In this document: piece after piece, positions 1 to 10,305 of the stretch
Layout: each line of letters starts with the position of its first letter
How positions within the stretch are numbered: position 1 is the stretch's first letter
Source: Gammaproteobacteria bacterium
Lineage (GTDB): Bacteria > Pseudomonadota > Gammaproteobacteria > UBA4575
Direction of reading: 5' to 3'
DNA length: 64,000 nucleotides
Assembly (NCBI GenBank): GCA_965221955.1
Contig: CBDCTA010000029.1
Location: forward strand, 384,001-448,000
Notes under the pieces: generated by a model
Seen by the model: the letters and a program-made list of their open reading frames with translations, nothing else
Database searches by the model: none
Told to the model about the DNA's origin: nothing
Made by a program: the position numbers and the translations under genes

Positions 1-1
1 A

Positions 2-217
2 TCTAATCGCATGGGTATACTTTTCTTAGCCATAGGGGGCGTTTATGCAAGCTTTATGCTGGGAAGATTGTTGATTGGTCAGCTATTTACTTCTTCTACA
101 TGGTTTCATGCTTACATTCCCATTTTCTTTCACTTTATTCTTGCACTATTCCTAATTGTGGTTGGGATATTTCATGTTAGAAATACAAAGATATATGTCA
201 ATCGAAGCAGTAAATAA
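2..217 (+). CDS. 5'-truncated membrane protein (C-terminal part; upstream member of the desaturase-GH3 operon)
   Basis: The frame is open from the window edge and has two hydrophobic segments. Its stop overlaps the start region of the next gene. Confidence 0.55.
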   Translation, partial: SNRMGILFLAIGGVYASFMLGRLLIGQLFTSSTWFHAYIPIFFHFILALFLIVVGIFHVRNTKIYVNRSSK

Positions 218-2783
218 ATGGTTGTCGTGGGTTGTATACCCAGTTGGCGTTGGGATGGGAATCTATTTGCATATAGCTATGCAGTCATGGGGCATTGATC
301 TTCAAATTAGCACATACGTTCCCATATTTCTTGCAGCTGGAATGATCGTGTTGTTTGAGCTTTATTTTCCACATTTGCATCAATGGAAACCCAATATTAA
401 AGATATAAAAAATGATGCAATGTACATGCTTGTTGTACAAACGATTTTGCCAAAAGTATTAGCATTTATTACAGCATTAGTACTGTTACGCTATTCAAAT
501 GAAAGTGGTTTATTAAATATAAACCTTTGGCCACATTACTTACCTGTATGGATTCAGGCAATGCTAATGATTTTAGTAGCTGATTTTTTCCGTTATTGGC
601 TTCATGTTGCTTCTCATAAAAATAGTTTCTTATGGAGATTTCATGCAGTTCATCATTCACCTAAAAAATTGTATTGGATAAACACAGGAAGATTTCACCC
701 TATTGAAGAAGTTGCTCAGTTTTTATTCGATGCAGTACCTTTCATTCTATTAGGAGTCAGTGAATATGTTCTGGCATTTTATTTTGTTTTCTATGCCATT
801 AATGGTTTTTTTCAGCATTCCAATATAAAACTAAAGTTTGGTGTATTGAATTATTTAATTAGTACTGCAGAACTACACCGTTGGCATCATTCACGTCTTG
901 AGAAAGAATCTAATTCTAACTATGGAAATAACACAATTATTTGGGATCTAATCTTTGGCACGAGATACTTGCCAGATGATAGAAGCATCGAAAAAATAGG
1001 GCTCATCAATTCTAAATACCCAGCAACATTTTTCGATCAACTTAAAACACCATTTGTTGGAGGGTTAGATAAAAAGAATTTGCCATTACCTAGCATTAAA
1101 CAGTTAATTGTGAATAGTTTAATCAAGCTTCAAATGAATATTACCAAATTTACTATTTGGAAACCCATGATGAAGGCAGCTAAAGATCCTATGCATGCGC
1201 AATTTAGTTTCCTTGAACAACTCTTGAAAGAAAATGCAAAGACAAAATTTGGAAAAGAACATCAATTTAATAAAATAAATTCTTATGAAGATTATTGTAG
1301 GCTTGTGCCAATTCAAACATATGAGACATTAAGCCCATATTTTATAAACCAAGATAAATTAAAAGAAATTTTGATAAATAATGAGCAACCGTTTATGTAT
1401 GCAGTTACAAGCGGGACTACAGGAGCATCAAAATTTATCCCGATTTTAGATAAAACAATTAAACAAAATAAAAAGCATCAAAAACTTTTTACCTATATTC
1501 AATATAGAGATAATCCTGGAACATTCAGCGGCAAAATGCTTGGAATCGTAAGCCCTGCAATTGAAGGATATACAGACCACGGCACTCCATTTGGCTCAGT
1601 ATCTGGTGTTCTGTATAAAAACATGCCTTCAATTATGAGATCAAAATATGTACTTCCATTTGAAATATTTTCAATTGAAAACTATGAACTTAAATATCAA
1701 CTCATCCTAAGAATTGCCCTTGCTTACAAAGATATCACCTATTTTGTTACAGCAAATCCTTCAACTTTACTAATGCTTAACAAAATACTAAATGAGGATA
1801 TTTCTGTATTGGCAAATGAAATTGAGCACGGAGGATTTAGAGAATACGAAGTATTGCCAAAGAGTATCCAAACGTTTATTACACATAATTTGCACTCAAA
1901 TCCAAAACGTGCAAATGAGCTACGTCAACTAATATCGAATAAAAAAGAAATCACCTTTGCAGATGTATGGCCACAATTACAAACAGTTGTTACATGGACT
2001 GGCGGTAGTTGTGGAATCGCAATAGATGCAGTCAAGCAAAAATTACCGATTGTTACAAAAGTAATCGAACTAGGGTATATGGCTACTGAAGTGAGAGGGA
2101 CAATAACAATTGATGCAGAAAATAATCTTGGTCTTCCTACAATTCAGGATAATTTCTTTGAATTTGTTGAAAGAGATGATTGGGAAAACGAAAAAAATAA
2201 TTTCTTAACAATTGATCAACTATCTAATAGCAAAGAATACTATATTTTCATTACAACAAGCTCTGGCCTTTATCGATATTACATCAACGACATAGTAAGA
2301 GTAAATGGAAAAATAGAAAATACTCCTACTCTTCAATTTATACAAAAAGGAAAAGGTGTAACCAGTATTACAGGCGAAAAGTTATATGAATGCCAAATTA
2401 TTGATGCGATGAAGTTAACGGAAAAAGAATTTAATTTCTCAAGTATTTTTTACATTATGCTTGCCAATAAAATTCACTCAAATTATGAATTATATATTGA
2501 AACCCCCGGAAATTTTGAACCCCCATTAGAAACATTAAGAGACTATATTGAGTCTTGTCTTTGTAAGCTAAATATCGAATATCAAAGTAAACTTGCAAGC
2601 GGGAGACTAAAGCCTCTGTCTTTGCATCATGTTCAAAGTGGAACAAGGGAAATATTTAAGAAATATTATATTGGAAAAGGGCAAAAAGAGAGTCAATTTA
2701 AAGTTGTGGCACTTCAGTACAAGAACGAATTAGATTTTGACTTTGATAATTACATTTTAGGATATTATGAAAAGGCGAGTTAA
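195..2783 (+). CDS. Fusion: N-terminal sterol desaturase/fatty acid hydroxylase family domain + C-terminal GH3 (acyl-adenylate/amido synthetase) domain
   Basis: The N-terminus has TM helices, His boxes YWLHVASH, FHAVHH, FQHSN and HRWHH, plus NYG...WDLIFGT. The C-terminus has GH3 motifs AVTSGTTGASKFIP, LGYMATE, GLYRYYINDIV and SITGEK. ATG at 195 is preferred over the ORF-track start at 156. Confidence 0.85.
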   Translation: MSIEAVNKWLSWVVYPVGVGMGIYLHIAMQSWGIDLQISTYVPIFLAAGMIVLFELYFPHLHQWKPNIKDIKNDAMYMLVVQTILPKVLAFITALVLLRYSNESGLLNINLWPHYLPVWIQAMLMILVADFFRYWLHVASHKNSFLWRFHAVHHSPKKLYWINTGRFHPIEEVAQFLFDAVPFILLGVSEYVLAFYFVFYAINGFFQHSNIKLKFGVLNYLISTAELHRWHHSRLEKESNSNYGNNTIIWDLIFGTRYLPDDRSIEKIGLINSKYPATFFDQLKTPFVGGLDKKNLPLPSIKQLIVNSLIKLQMNITKFTIWKPMMKAAKDPMHAQFSFLEQLLKENAKTKFGKEHQFNKINSYEDYCRLVPIQTYETLSPYFINQDKLKEILINNEQPFMYAVTSGTTGASKFIPILDKTIKQNKKHQKLFTYIQYRDNPGTFSGKMLGIVSPAIEGYTDHGTPFGSVSGVLYKNMPSIMRSKYVLPFEIFSIENYELKYQLILRIALAYKDITYFVTANPSTLLMLNKILNEDISVLANEIEHGGFREYEVLPKSIQTFITHNLHSNPKRANELRQLISNKKEITFADVWPQLQTVVTWTGGSCGIAIDAVKQKLPIVTKVIELGYMATEVRGTITIDAENNLGLPTIQDNFFEFVERDDWENEKNNFLTIDQLSNSKEYYIFITTSSGLYRYYINDIVRVNGKIENTPTLQFIQKGKGVTSITGEKLYECQIIDAMKLTEKEFNFSSIFYIMLANKIHSNYELYIETPGNFEPPLETLRDYIESCLCKLNIEYQSKLASGRLKPLSLHHVQSGTREIFKKYYIGKGQKESQFKVVALQYKNELDFDFDNYILGYYEKAS

Positions 2784-2791
2784 CTACAATC

Positions 2792-3922
2792 ATGTTGATT
2801 GAAAACGCTAAGCTAAAAAAAATAGATATTCCTTTTACAGTCTCATTTAAGCACTCATCTGCCGAACGATCACGAACGGAGAGTGTTCTCGTAGAGATGA
2901 CATCCAATAGCGGATATTCTGGCTATGGAGAATCATGCCCAAGAGAATATGTAACATCAGAAAATATTGAAAGTGTGAAAGTATTTTTTAATGAGAATAT
3001 TCTCTCTTTCAAAAATAATGTAGATGACTTAGATAGCCTTAATACTTGGATGGGCAACAATCTTAAAAGTATTAACCTTAACCCTGCTGCAATGTGTGCA
3101 ATTGAAACAGCATTTTTAGATTTGCTTTCAAAAAATAAGGATATATCAATTGAAAGTTTAATTGGGGTGCCTGAACTACAAGGCCAATTTAAATATACAG
3201 CAGTTATTGGAGACAGTAGTTCAGAAGTATTTCATAGCACTCTTAAAAAATATATTGAAATGGGCTTTGATGATTACAAAGTTAAGCTCTCAGGTGACTT
3301 AGAGAAGGATCAAGAAAAATGTCATATATTAATTAATATGTGTAAATTTCCTTTTCGTTTACGTTTCGATGCTAATAACTCATGGAATAACCATGAAACT
3401 GCAATTAAATACTTATCTAAATTAGATATAGATTATTTTGCAATTGAAGAACCTCTTACACCAAAGGACTATCTAGGTTTATCCAAACTCTCGAATGAGC
3501 TAGATAAACAAATCATATTAGATGAAAGTTTTTTGAATCTAGGTCAATTCGAGAACCTCATCGAATATCCTGAAATAATGTGGATAATAAATCTTCGAAT
3601 ATCAAAAATGGGTGGCTTATTAAGGTCAAAAAAGATTGTTGATAAAGCAAAAGCTCATGGAATTAAGATAATTATTGGTGCTCAAGTAGGGGAAACAAGT
3701 CTTCTTTCTAGAGCTGCTTTGACGATTGCAAACTACGCAAGGGATATGCTCATTGCTCAAGAAGGTGCTTTTGGGAAACTTTTGCTTAAAGAGGACGTCT
3801 TTGAGCCTACTTTGCAGTTCGGGAAAGCTGGACTTTTAGACCCTGCAAAGTTATTTAATGGTATATCTGGTTTAGGTTTTGAGAATGTATTAAATAAAAA
3901 ATTTATCAAAGAATACTTATAA
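2792..3922 (+). CDS. Enolase superfamily protein, muconate lactonizing enzyme (MLE) subgroup
   Basis: N-terminal GYGE capping-domain motif, KxK (YKVK), and metal ligands in DAN, EEP and DES. Strand 6 reads NLRISKMGG and strand 8 reads QEGAFGKLLL. Confidence 0.85.
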   Translation: MLIENAKLKKIDIPFTVSFKHSSAERSRTESVLVEMTSNSGYSGYGESCPREYVTSENIESVKVFFNENILSFKNNVDDLDSLNTWMGNNLKSINLNPAAMCAIETAFLDLLSKNKDISIESLIGVPELQGQFKYTAVIGDSSSEVFHSTLKKYIEMGFDDYKVKLSGDLEKDQEKCHILINMCKFPFRLRFDANNSWNNHETAIKYLSKLDIDYFAIEEPLTPKDYLGLSKLSNELDKQIILDESFLNLGQFENLIEYPEIMWIINLRISKMGGLLRSKKIVDKAKAHGIKIIIGAQVGETSLLSRAALTIANYARDMLIAQEGAFGKLLLKEDVFEPTLQFGKAGLLDPAKLFNGISGLGFENVLNKKFIKEYL

Positions 3923-5296
3923 ATTTGGTAACGTTTTCCCAGGATTAAGGATGTTATTGGGGTCAAATTGTTTTTTGATTTTGTGCATTAATGCAAGTGT
4001 GGTTGCGTCAATTTCTTTAGATACAAAATCGCGTTTTGCAATGCCCACTCCGTGTTCGCCTGAGAGAGTGCCGCCCAGTTGTAATACCAATTCAAATACT
4101 TCATTCAAGCAGGACTTAACTACAGAGTCTTGTTTAGTGGCATCATATAAAAGATTGACATGTAAATTACCATTGCCGGCATGACCAAAATTAAAAATTG
4201 CGATATCATTTTTTTTGCTTAGTTTTTCTATCTCGGTTAATAGCTTAGGTAATTGTGTAACGGGAACAACAATATCTTCATTAATTTTATTCGGTGCAAA
4301 ACTACGAAGGGCAGGGGAAAGTGCTTTGCGAGCAGCCCATAGTTGGATTTTTTGTTGGTCGTTTTCTGCAGTTTGAATATCAATACAGCCGCTATTTTTT
4401 GCTGCGTCTAAAACAGCTTGCGTGCTCGCTTCAATATTTTCGTTTAACCCATCGATTTCAATCATTAGCATCGCTTGGGCTTGAGAATCTAACTCAAGGT
4501 TTGAATGTTGACGAATTAAATTGAGTGAGCCTGAATCAATAAATTCTAATGCATACGGTAGAGCATTTTGTGCTAATACACTCACTACTGCTTCAATTGC
4601 AGAATTTGAATTCTTGTAAAGTGTGCGAATGGTATTAATACATTCCGGTTTTGGGTGGAGTTTTAAACGTGCTTCAGTAATGACGCCTAAAATACCTTCA
4701 CTACCAATAAGTAAACGCGTCAAGTCTAAACCGACTACGCCCTTGGTGGTTGCGCTGCCGGTATGAATAGTTTCGCCGGTTCCTGTCACTGCAGTAAGGC
4801 TTAATGTATTTTCTCTGCAGGTTCCGTACTTGATTGCACGTGGGCCAGCCGTATTGCAAGCAAGATTGCCGCCAATGCTGCAATAGTCTGCGCTACTGGG
4901 GTCGGGCGGCCAAAATAGATTATTTTCTGCTGCACGTTTTTGTACTTCTATATTTAAGACACCTGGTTCAACGCGCATATTTCGATTATTCACATCAAAT
5001 TCTAAAATTTGATTCATGCGTTCGGTTGAAAGCACAACACCGGCTTGGATAGGTATTGCAGCACCGGTTGTACCGGTTCCACGTCCACGCGTTGTGATTG
5101 GAATATTATTTTCGTTGCACAGTTCAACACTATTCACGATTTGCTCGTGAGTGGTTGGAAGTAAAACTAAATCAGGACAAGCGTGTTGTTTGCTATTGTC
5201 ATAGCCATACGGCCAACACTCGCCTTGATCAGTAAGTACCGAATTTCTTCCACAAGCCTCAATAAACTTGTTTATGATGTGAGTTTCTAAAGCCAC
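3917..5296 (-). CDS. FAD-linked oxidase, GlcD/D-lactate dehydrogenase family
   Basis: RGRGTGTTG, PPDPSS...SIGGN, GSEG.LGVITE, FGHAGNGNLH and GGTLSGEHGVG...FDPNNILNPGK motifs. Confidence 0.88.
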   Translation of the reverse strand: MALETHIINKFIEACGRNSVLTDQGECWPYGYDNSKQHACPDLVLLPTTHEQIVNSVELCNENNIPITTRGRGTGTTGAAIPIQAGVVLSTERMNQILEFDVNNRNMRVEPGVLNIEVQKRAAENNLFWPPDPSSADYCSIGGNLACNTAGPRAIKYGTCRENTLSLTAVTGTGETIHTGSATTKGVVGLDLTRLLIGSEGILGVITEARLKLHPKPECINTIRTLYKNSNSAIEAVVSVLAQNALPYALEFIDSGSLNLIRQHSNLELDSQAQAMLMIEIDGLNENIEASTQAVLDAAKNSGCIDIQTAENDQQKIQLWAARKALSPALRSFAPNKINEDIVVPVTQLPKLLTEIEKLSKKNDIAIFNFGHAGNGNLHVNLLYDATKQDSVVKSCLNEVFELVLQLGGTLSGEHGVGIAKRDFVSKEIDATTLALMHKIKKQFDPNNILNPGKTLPNL

Positions 5297-5310
5297 GTTT
5301 TGGAAAACGC

Positions 5311-6256
<946 letters not shown>

Positions 6257-6262
6257 GTGGTA

Positions 6263-8194
6263 TTACTGAGTTGCGTTCAGTTGAGCGGAGTAATCAGGTA
6301 TAGCACCTAGTGATTCTGGTCGACCTTTTTTGAATTTTGCCCATACTAATTCACGATAGATACGATTTTGTGCATCCACGCTTAATTTTCCTGTAGTGCC
6401 ATCATAACGATCAAAGTCATTCGCAGCTAAGCGTTGTAGATGGGGGATCACTTGATAAGCATCGATTCCTAGTGCAGCAAAACGTGGTAAGCGAGAAGAG
6501 CTGCTAGAGGATTGTAAATCTAGTGAATCTTTTAATAATGCCATTGAAGGGTCGTTTGATAACAGCCAAGGTACATCGCAATAAGTGATGCCATTAATAT
6601 CTTGGTCTGCTGATAGATTTTCATTGCCAGAAAATACATGGGACGTGGCATATACTGGAAGATCCGATGCAAAGTGAAAACTCAGTTGTGGTCGAAGCAG
6701 TCTAGCTTGCTGGGGTGATGCGGCAATAAATACGAAATCAGCATCTTGTCTGCGGCGGGGTTCAAATTCTACTTCTGCTTTGATGATAGATTGCAAGGTG
6801 CGGCGGCGTTGTTCGCTTTGGTTGAGTTGTAGCAAGCTTTTTATCGCCACGGAGTAATCTGAGTTTTGCGGGAAATAACGTTCTGCTTGCAAAACAGAGC
6901 CACCTAATTCAAGAAAGCGATTCGTAAAAGCGGATAATAAACGTGTGCCCCATTCCCCTTCAGGTACGAGTACTAATGCAGCGCTTTTATTTTCAAAAGA
7001 CGCACGTTCAGCAACTTGCTGCGCTTCATCTTCGGGCAATAAACCAAATTGATATAAATTATTAGCACCTGTTAATGCATTATCAGAATAATTTAGTGAC
7101 AAAGTGGGTACTGGCAGAGTGCCTTGGCTGGCTAAACTGCGCACCGCGTCTTTTTGAAATGGACCAATGATGAAGTCTGCACCCTCTGAAACAGCGCGGC
7201 GGTAGTAACTCAGTGCAGAAGTTGGATCATCACCCGTATCGTAAACAACAAGTTCGGGCGGTGGATTAAAGGCTTCGCCAAATTCGCGTGCAGTTGTGAT
7301 GCCAGAATAAACCGCTTCAGCCACTTTGCTGTAGCGACCGGTTAACGGCAGTAATAATGCAATTTTGTTTGGGGCGATATGAAAAGAGGCATAATCTTCG
7401 TGAATTGAATCAATAATGTGATTAGGAATTCGGTGTCCAGAAAATCGTAGCCTCCATTGTTGAATAGCGTTATCGATAGAGGCTTGACTTGCATGTGGTT
7501 GCTTTTGGATTGCTACTAAGCTAAGCCACGCTGCAAGTTCGGGGTTATTATTGTTGGTTGACCACGTATTTAATTCTTCAACATTTGTATTGAGCATGGT
7601 TTGCCAGATGAGCTCATTATTTTTTTTCAACTGCGCAGGTTTTTTTAATAAATTATTTAATGCAATGCGTGTTTCGATGGATTGTTTTGTTTTGCCAGCA
7701 CTATTTAGAGCTTTTGCGCGCACGGCAAATAAGTGCGGATTATATTTTTCAGATAAATTAATTAATTTTTCAGGTGCAGCATCCAATGCAACTTGTGGTT
7801 GTCCATTTAATAAGGCTAGTTCTGCGCTCGCGACACGTTTGCGTACAAATAAATCTTGCGTAAGTGTGCTTTCATCAATAGCACTTAAATATTGTTGGGC
7901 TTGCAGTTTGGTTGTGGGTTGTAATACCGCTTCAGCGGCTCTAATTTGTAAGGCTTCTTTTTGTGGCGATGGTCGATTTTCGGCTTCTGCCCAAAAAATA
8001 GCAGCTGCTTCTTGATATTTGCCTGCATTGAGTAGTCTTTCAGCTTTGCGAGTTTGGGCGCTGCCAGTGTTAAATACTTTGCTAGTATCGAGTGGAAAGT
8101 CAGCGCAACTTGTTAGTATCAACAGGGTAATAAAACTTATGACTACCCATGTTAGTGTATGTTTAGTTGAATATTGCAGTTGATTACTTCGCAT
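6263..8194 (-). CDS. lpoA: Penicillin-binding protein activator LpoA (LppC family lipoprotein)
   Basis: Lipobox LTSC, IALLLPLTG, IIGP..K, RRRQD.D and ALGIDAY motifs. Divergent from rsmI. Confidence 0.88.
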   Translation of the reverse strand: MRSNQLQYSTKHTLTWVVISFITLLILTSCADFPLDTSKVFNTGSAQTRKAERLLNAGKYQEAAAIFWAEAENRPSPQKEALQIRAAEAVLQPTTKLQAQQYLSAIDESTLTQDLFVRKRVASAELALLNGQPQVALDAAPEKLINLSEKYNPHLFAVRAKALNSAGKTKQSIETRIALNNLLKKPAQLKKNNELIWQTMLNTNVEELNTWSTNNNNPELAAWLSLVAIQKQPHASQASIDNAIQQWRLRFSGHRIPNHIIDSIHEDYASFHIAPNKIALLLPLTGRYSKVAEAVYSGITTAREFGEAFNPPPELVVYDTGDDPTSALSYYRRAVSEGADFIIGPFQKDAVRSLASQGTLPVPTLSLNYSDNALTGANNLYQFGLLPEDEAQQVAERASFENKSAALVLVPEGEWGTRLLSAFTNRFLELGGSVLQAERYFPQNSDYSVAIKSLLQLNQSEQRRRTLQSIIKAEVEFEPRRRQDADFVFIAASPQQARLLRPQLSFHFASDLPVYATSHVFSGNENLSADQDINGITYCDVPWLLSNDPSMALLKDSLDLQSSSSSSRLPRFAALGIDAYQVIPHLQRLAANDFDRYDGTTGKLSVDAQNRIYRELVWAKFKKGRPESLGAIPDYSAQLNATQ

Positions 8195-8229
8195 TTTGAT
8201 TTTTTGGGTTACTTTTTAATTTAATAGTT

Positions 8230-9099
8230 ATGAGTGAATTTGGCATCTTATACGTTATTGCCACACCTATAGGCAATCTAGCAGATATTACTCTGCGAGC
8301 ATTAGACACTATAAAGACGGTTAAGGTTTTATATGCCGAAGATACTCGTGTGACGCAACGTTTATTAGAGCACTATGGTATCCAAGCTAAACTACAGTCG
8401 CTACATGATTATAATGAATCTAATAAAATTTCTTCAGTCATTGAGCAGTTACAAGCCGGGAATGATCTGGGTCTAGTGTCCGATGCAGGTACTCCTTTAA
8501 TAAGTGATCCGGGGTATAAGTTGGTAGCTGCCGTGCAAGCAGCCGGGATAGACGTGAGGGCTATACCTGGTGCTAGTGCACTTACAGCAGCGTTATCTAT
8601 CGCAGGCTTGCCTACAGATCGCTTTATATTTGAGGGTTTTTTGCCTAAAAGTTCCAGTGAACGGAACAGTCTTTTTAAGGCATTGCAGTTTGAAACGCGT
8701 ACTATGGTGTTTTATGAGTCGCCGCAGCGTATTCAAGCATCAGTGCAAGCTTGTATAGAAGTAATGGGTGGAGAGCGCAAAGCGATTTTACTGCGTGAGC
8801 TTACAAAACACTATGAGGAACATATAAGTGCTGACTTGCGAACCATTAATGAACACTTAAGCAATCAGACTGAAAAAATACGTGGTGAAGTTGTGTTCAT
8901 TCTGCATGGAACTGATTCGCCACAGGATGCCGCAGACATGGACAAAGCCATGCAATTGTTAGCTGATCTATACAAACATATGTCACTTAAAGATGCCGCA
9001 GCGATTGTGGCTAAACATACTGGAATACGCCGTAATCAACTCTATTCTCTGGGTCTAGATTTACAGGGTTCAGAGATTGATTCTGATAATAAGACTTAG
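8230..9099 (+). CDS. rsmI: 16S rRNA (cytidine1402-2'-O)-methyltransferase
   Basis: LYVIATPIGNL.D, AEDTR, VSDAGTPLISDPG, FEGFLP, YESP and RELTK motifs. Confidence 0.95.
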   Translation: MSEFGILYVIATPIGNLADITLRALDTIKTVKVLYAEDTRVTQRLLEHYGIQAKLQSLHDYNESNKISSVIEQLQAGNDLGLVSDAGTPLISDPGYKLVAAVQAAGIDVRAIPGASALTAALSIAGLPTDRFIFEGFLPKSSSERNSLFKALQFETRTMVFYESPQRIQASVQACIEVMGGERKAILLRELTKHYEEHISADLRTINEHLSNQTEKIRGEVVFILHGTDSPQDAADMDKAMQLLADLYKHMSLKDAAAIVAKHTGIRRNQLYSLGLDLQGSEIDSDNKT

Positions 9100-9105
9100 G
9101 GAGTG

Positions 9106-9114
9106 TGGTATCTT
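9106..9114 (+). promoter_or_regulatory. Putative extended -10 promoter element of rnpB
   Basis: TGgTATCTT lies about 6 nt upstream of the predicted RNase P RNA 5' end. Confidence 0.4.
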
Positions 9115-9119
9115 AGTTG

Positions 9120-9514
<395 letters not shown>

Positions 9515-9750
9515 TGATTTAACAGCTTAGTTTTTTGTACCTAGATACCATGGTTCTGCTGGTTTGTTGCTTTAATTACTGGGATCTGAGTCACGGAATC
9601 CAACCACTCTTAAACTAATTTATTACTATTCTTTGGTAAGCCTTCAAAATTAGGTAAGTTAATCAAAAAATACCCTGTATTTTTCAGGGTATAAGGCCTC
9701 TTAACTATCTGTCTTATAAGAAATTTTTTGGTTTTTTTCGACTTATTTGC

Positions 9751-9779
9751 TTGCAATCTAATGGGGTCGTTTCTATAGT
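9751..9779 (+). promoter_or_regulatory. Sigma70-type promoter of the dcw (mraZ) operon
   Basis: TTGCAA-17 bp-TATAGT immediately upstream of the MraZ boxes. Confidence 0.6.
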
Positions 9780-9787
9780 GTCAAAAA

Positions 9788-9813
9788 GTGGGAAATTGTG
9801 GGAAAACATGGAA
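9788..9813 (+). promoter_or_regulatory. MraZ-binding direct repeats
   Basis: GTGGGA, GTGGGA and ATGGAA at 10-bp periodicity upstream of mraZ, matching the known TGGG-type MraZ operator arrangement. Confidence 0.75.
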
Positions 9814-9850
9814 TAAAGCTCCGTGACGAATACTTATGTTTCATTAAATT

Positions 9851-10303
9851 ATGTTCCAGGGAATCAACGATCTCAATTTGGATGCCAAAGGCCGCATGTC
9901 TTTGCCTGCTCGTTATCGCGAAAGTATTCAAGAAAGTTGCGCGGGCAGTTTAGTGATTACCGTGGATGTTGATCGTTGTTTGCTTATTTATCCACAACCC
10001 GAATGGCATGTGATTCAACAAAAGTTGATGCAGTTACCAAGCATTAATAAACAAGTACGACGACTACAACGTTTGTTACTTGGTCATGCTACAGAATGTG
10101 AAGTGGATGGTAATTACCGAATTTTGTTACCCCCACCGTTACGAAAGTTTGCCAGTTTAACCAAGCATGCAGTGCTGATTGGGCAAGGAAATAAGTTCGA
10201 ACTTTGGGATCAAGAAACGTGGGAGAAAATGCGAGAGCGTTGGATTAAAGAAGAAAATAAATTAAGTGATATATCTGAAGCACTTGAAACGTTATCGATT
10301 TAG
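9851..10303 (+). CDS. mraZ: Division/cell wall cluster transcriptional repressor MraZ
   Basis: LDAKGR..LP and VDGNYRILLP SpoVT-AbrB repeats; GQGNKFELW. Confidence 0.95.
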   Translation: MFQGINDLNLDAKGRMSLPARYRESIQESCAGSLVITVDVDRCLLIYPQPEWHVIQQKLMQLPSINKQVRRLQRLLLGHATECEVDGNYRILLPPPLRKFASLTKHAVLIGQGNKFELWDQETWEKMRERWIKEENKLSDISEALETLSI

Positions 10304-10305
10304 TA

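Noticed and set aside
7551-8015. Longer antisense ORFs over core genes (here over lpoA; also 26628-27125 over ftsZ and 55989-56318 over pilA)
   Set aside because: They lie wholly opposite well-conserved genes and show no recognisable motifs.
9665-9692. Inverted repeat ATACCCTG-N7-CAGGGTAT between rnpB and mraZ
   Set aside because: It is a single hairpin whose U-tract is on the minus strand, with no gene to terminate and no other copies seen. No function can be assigned.
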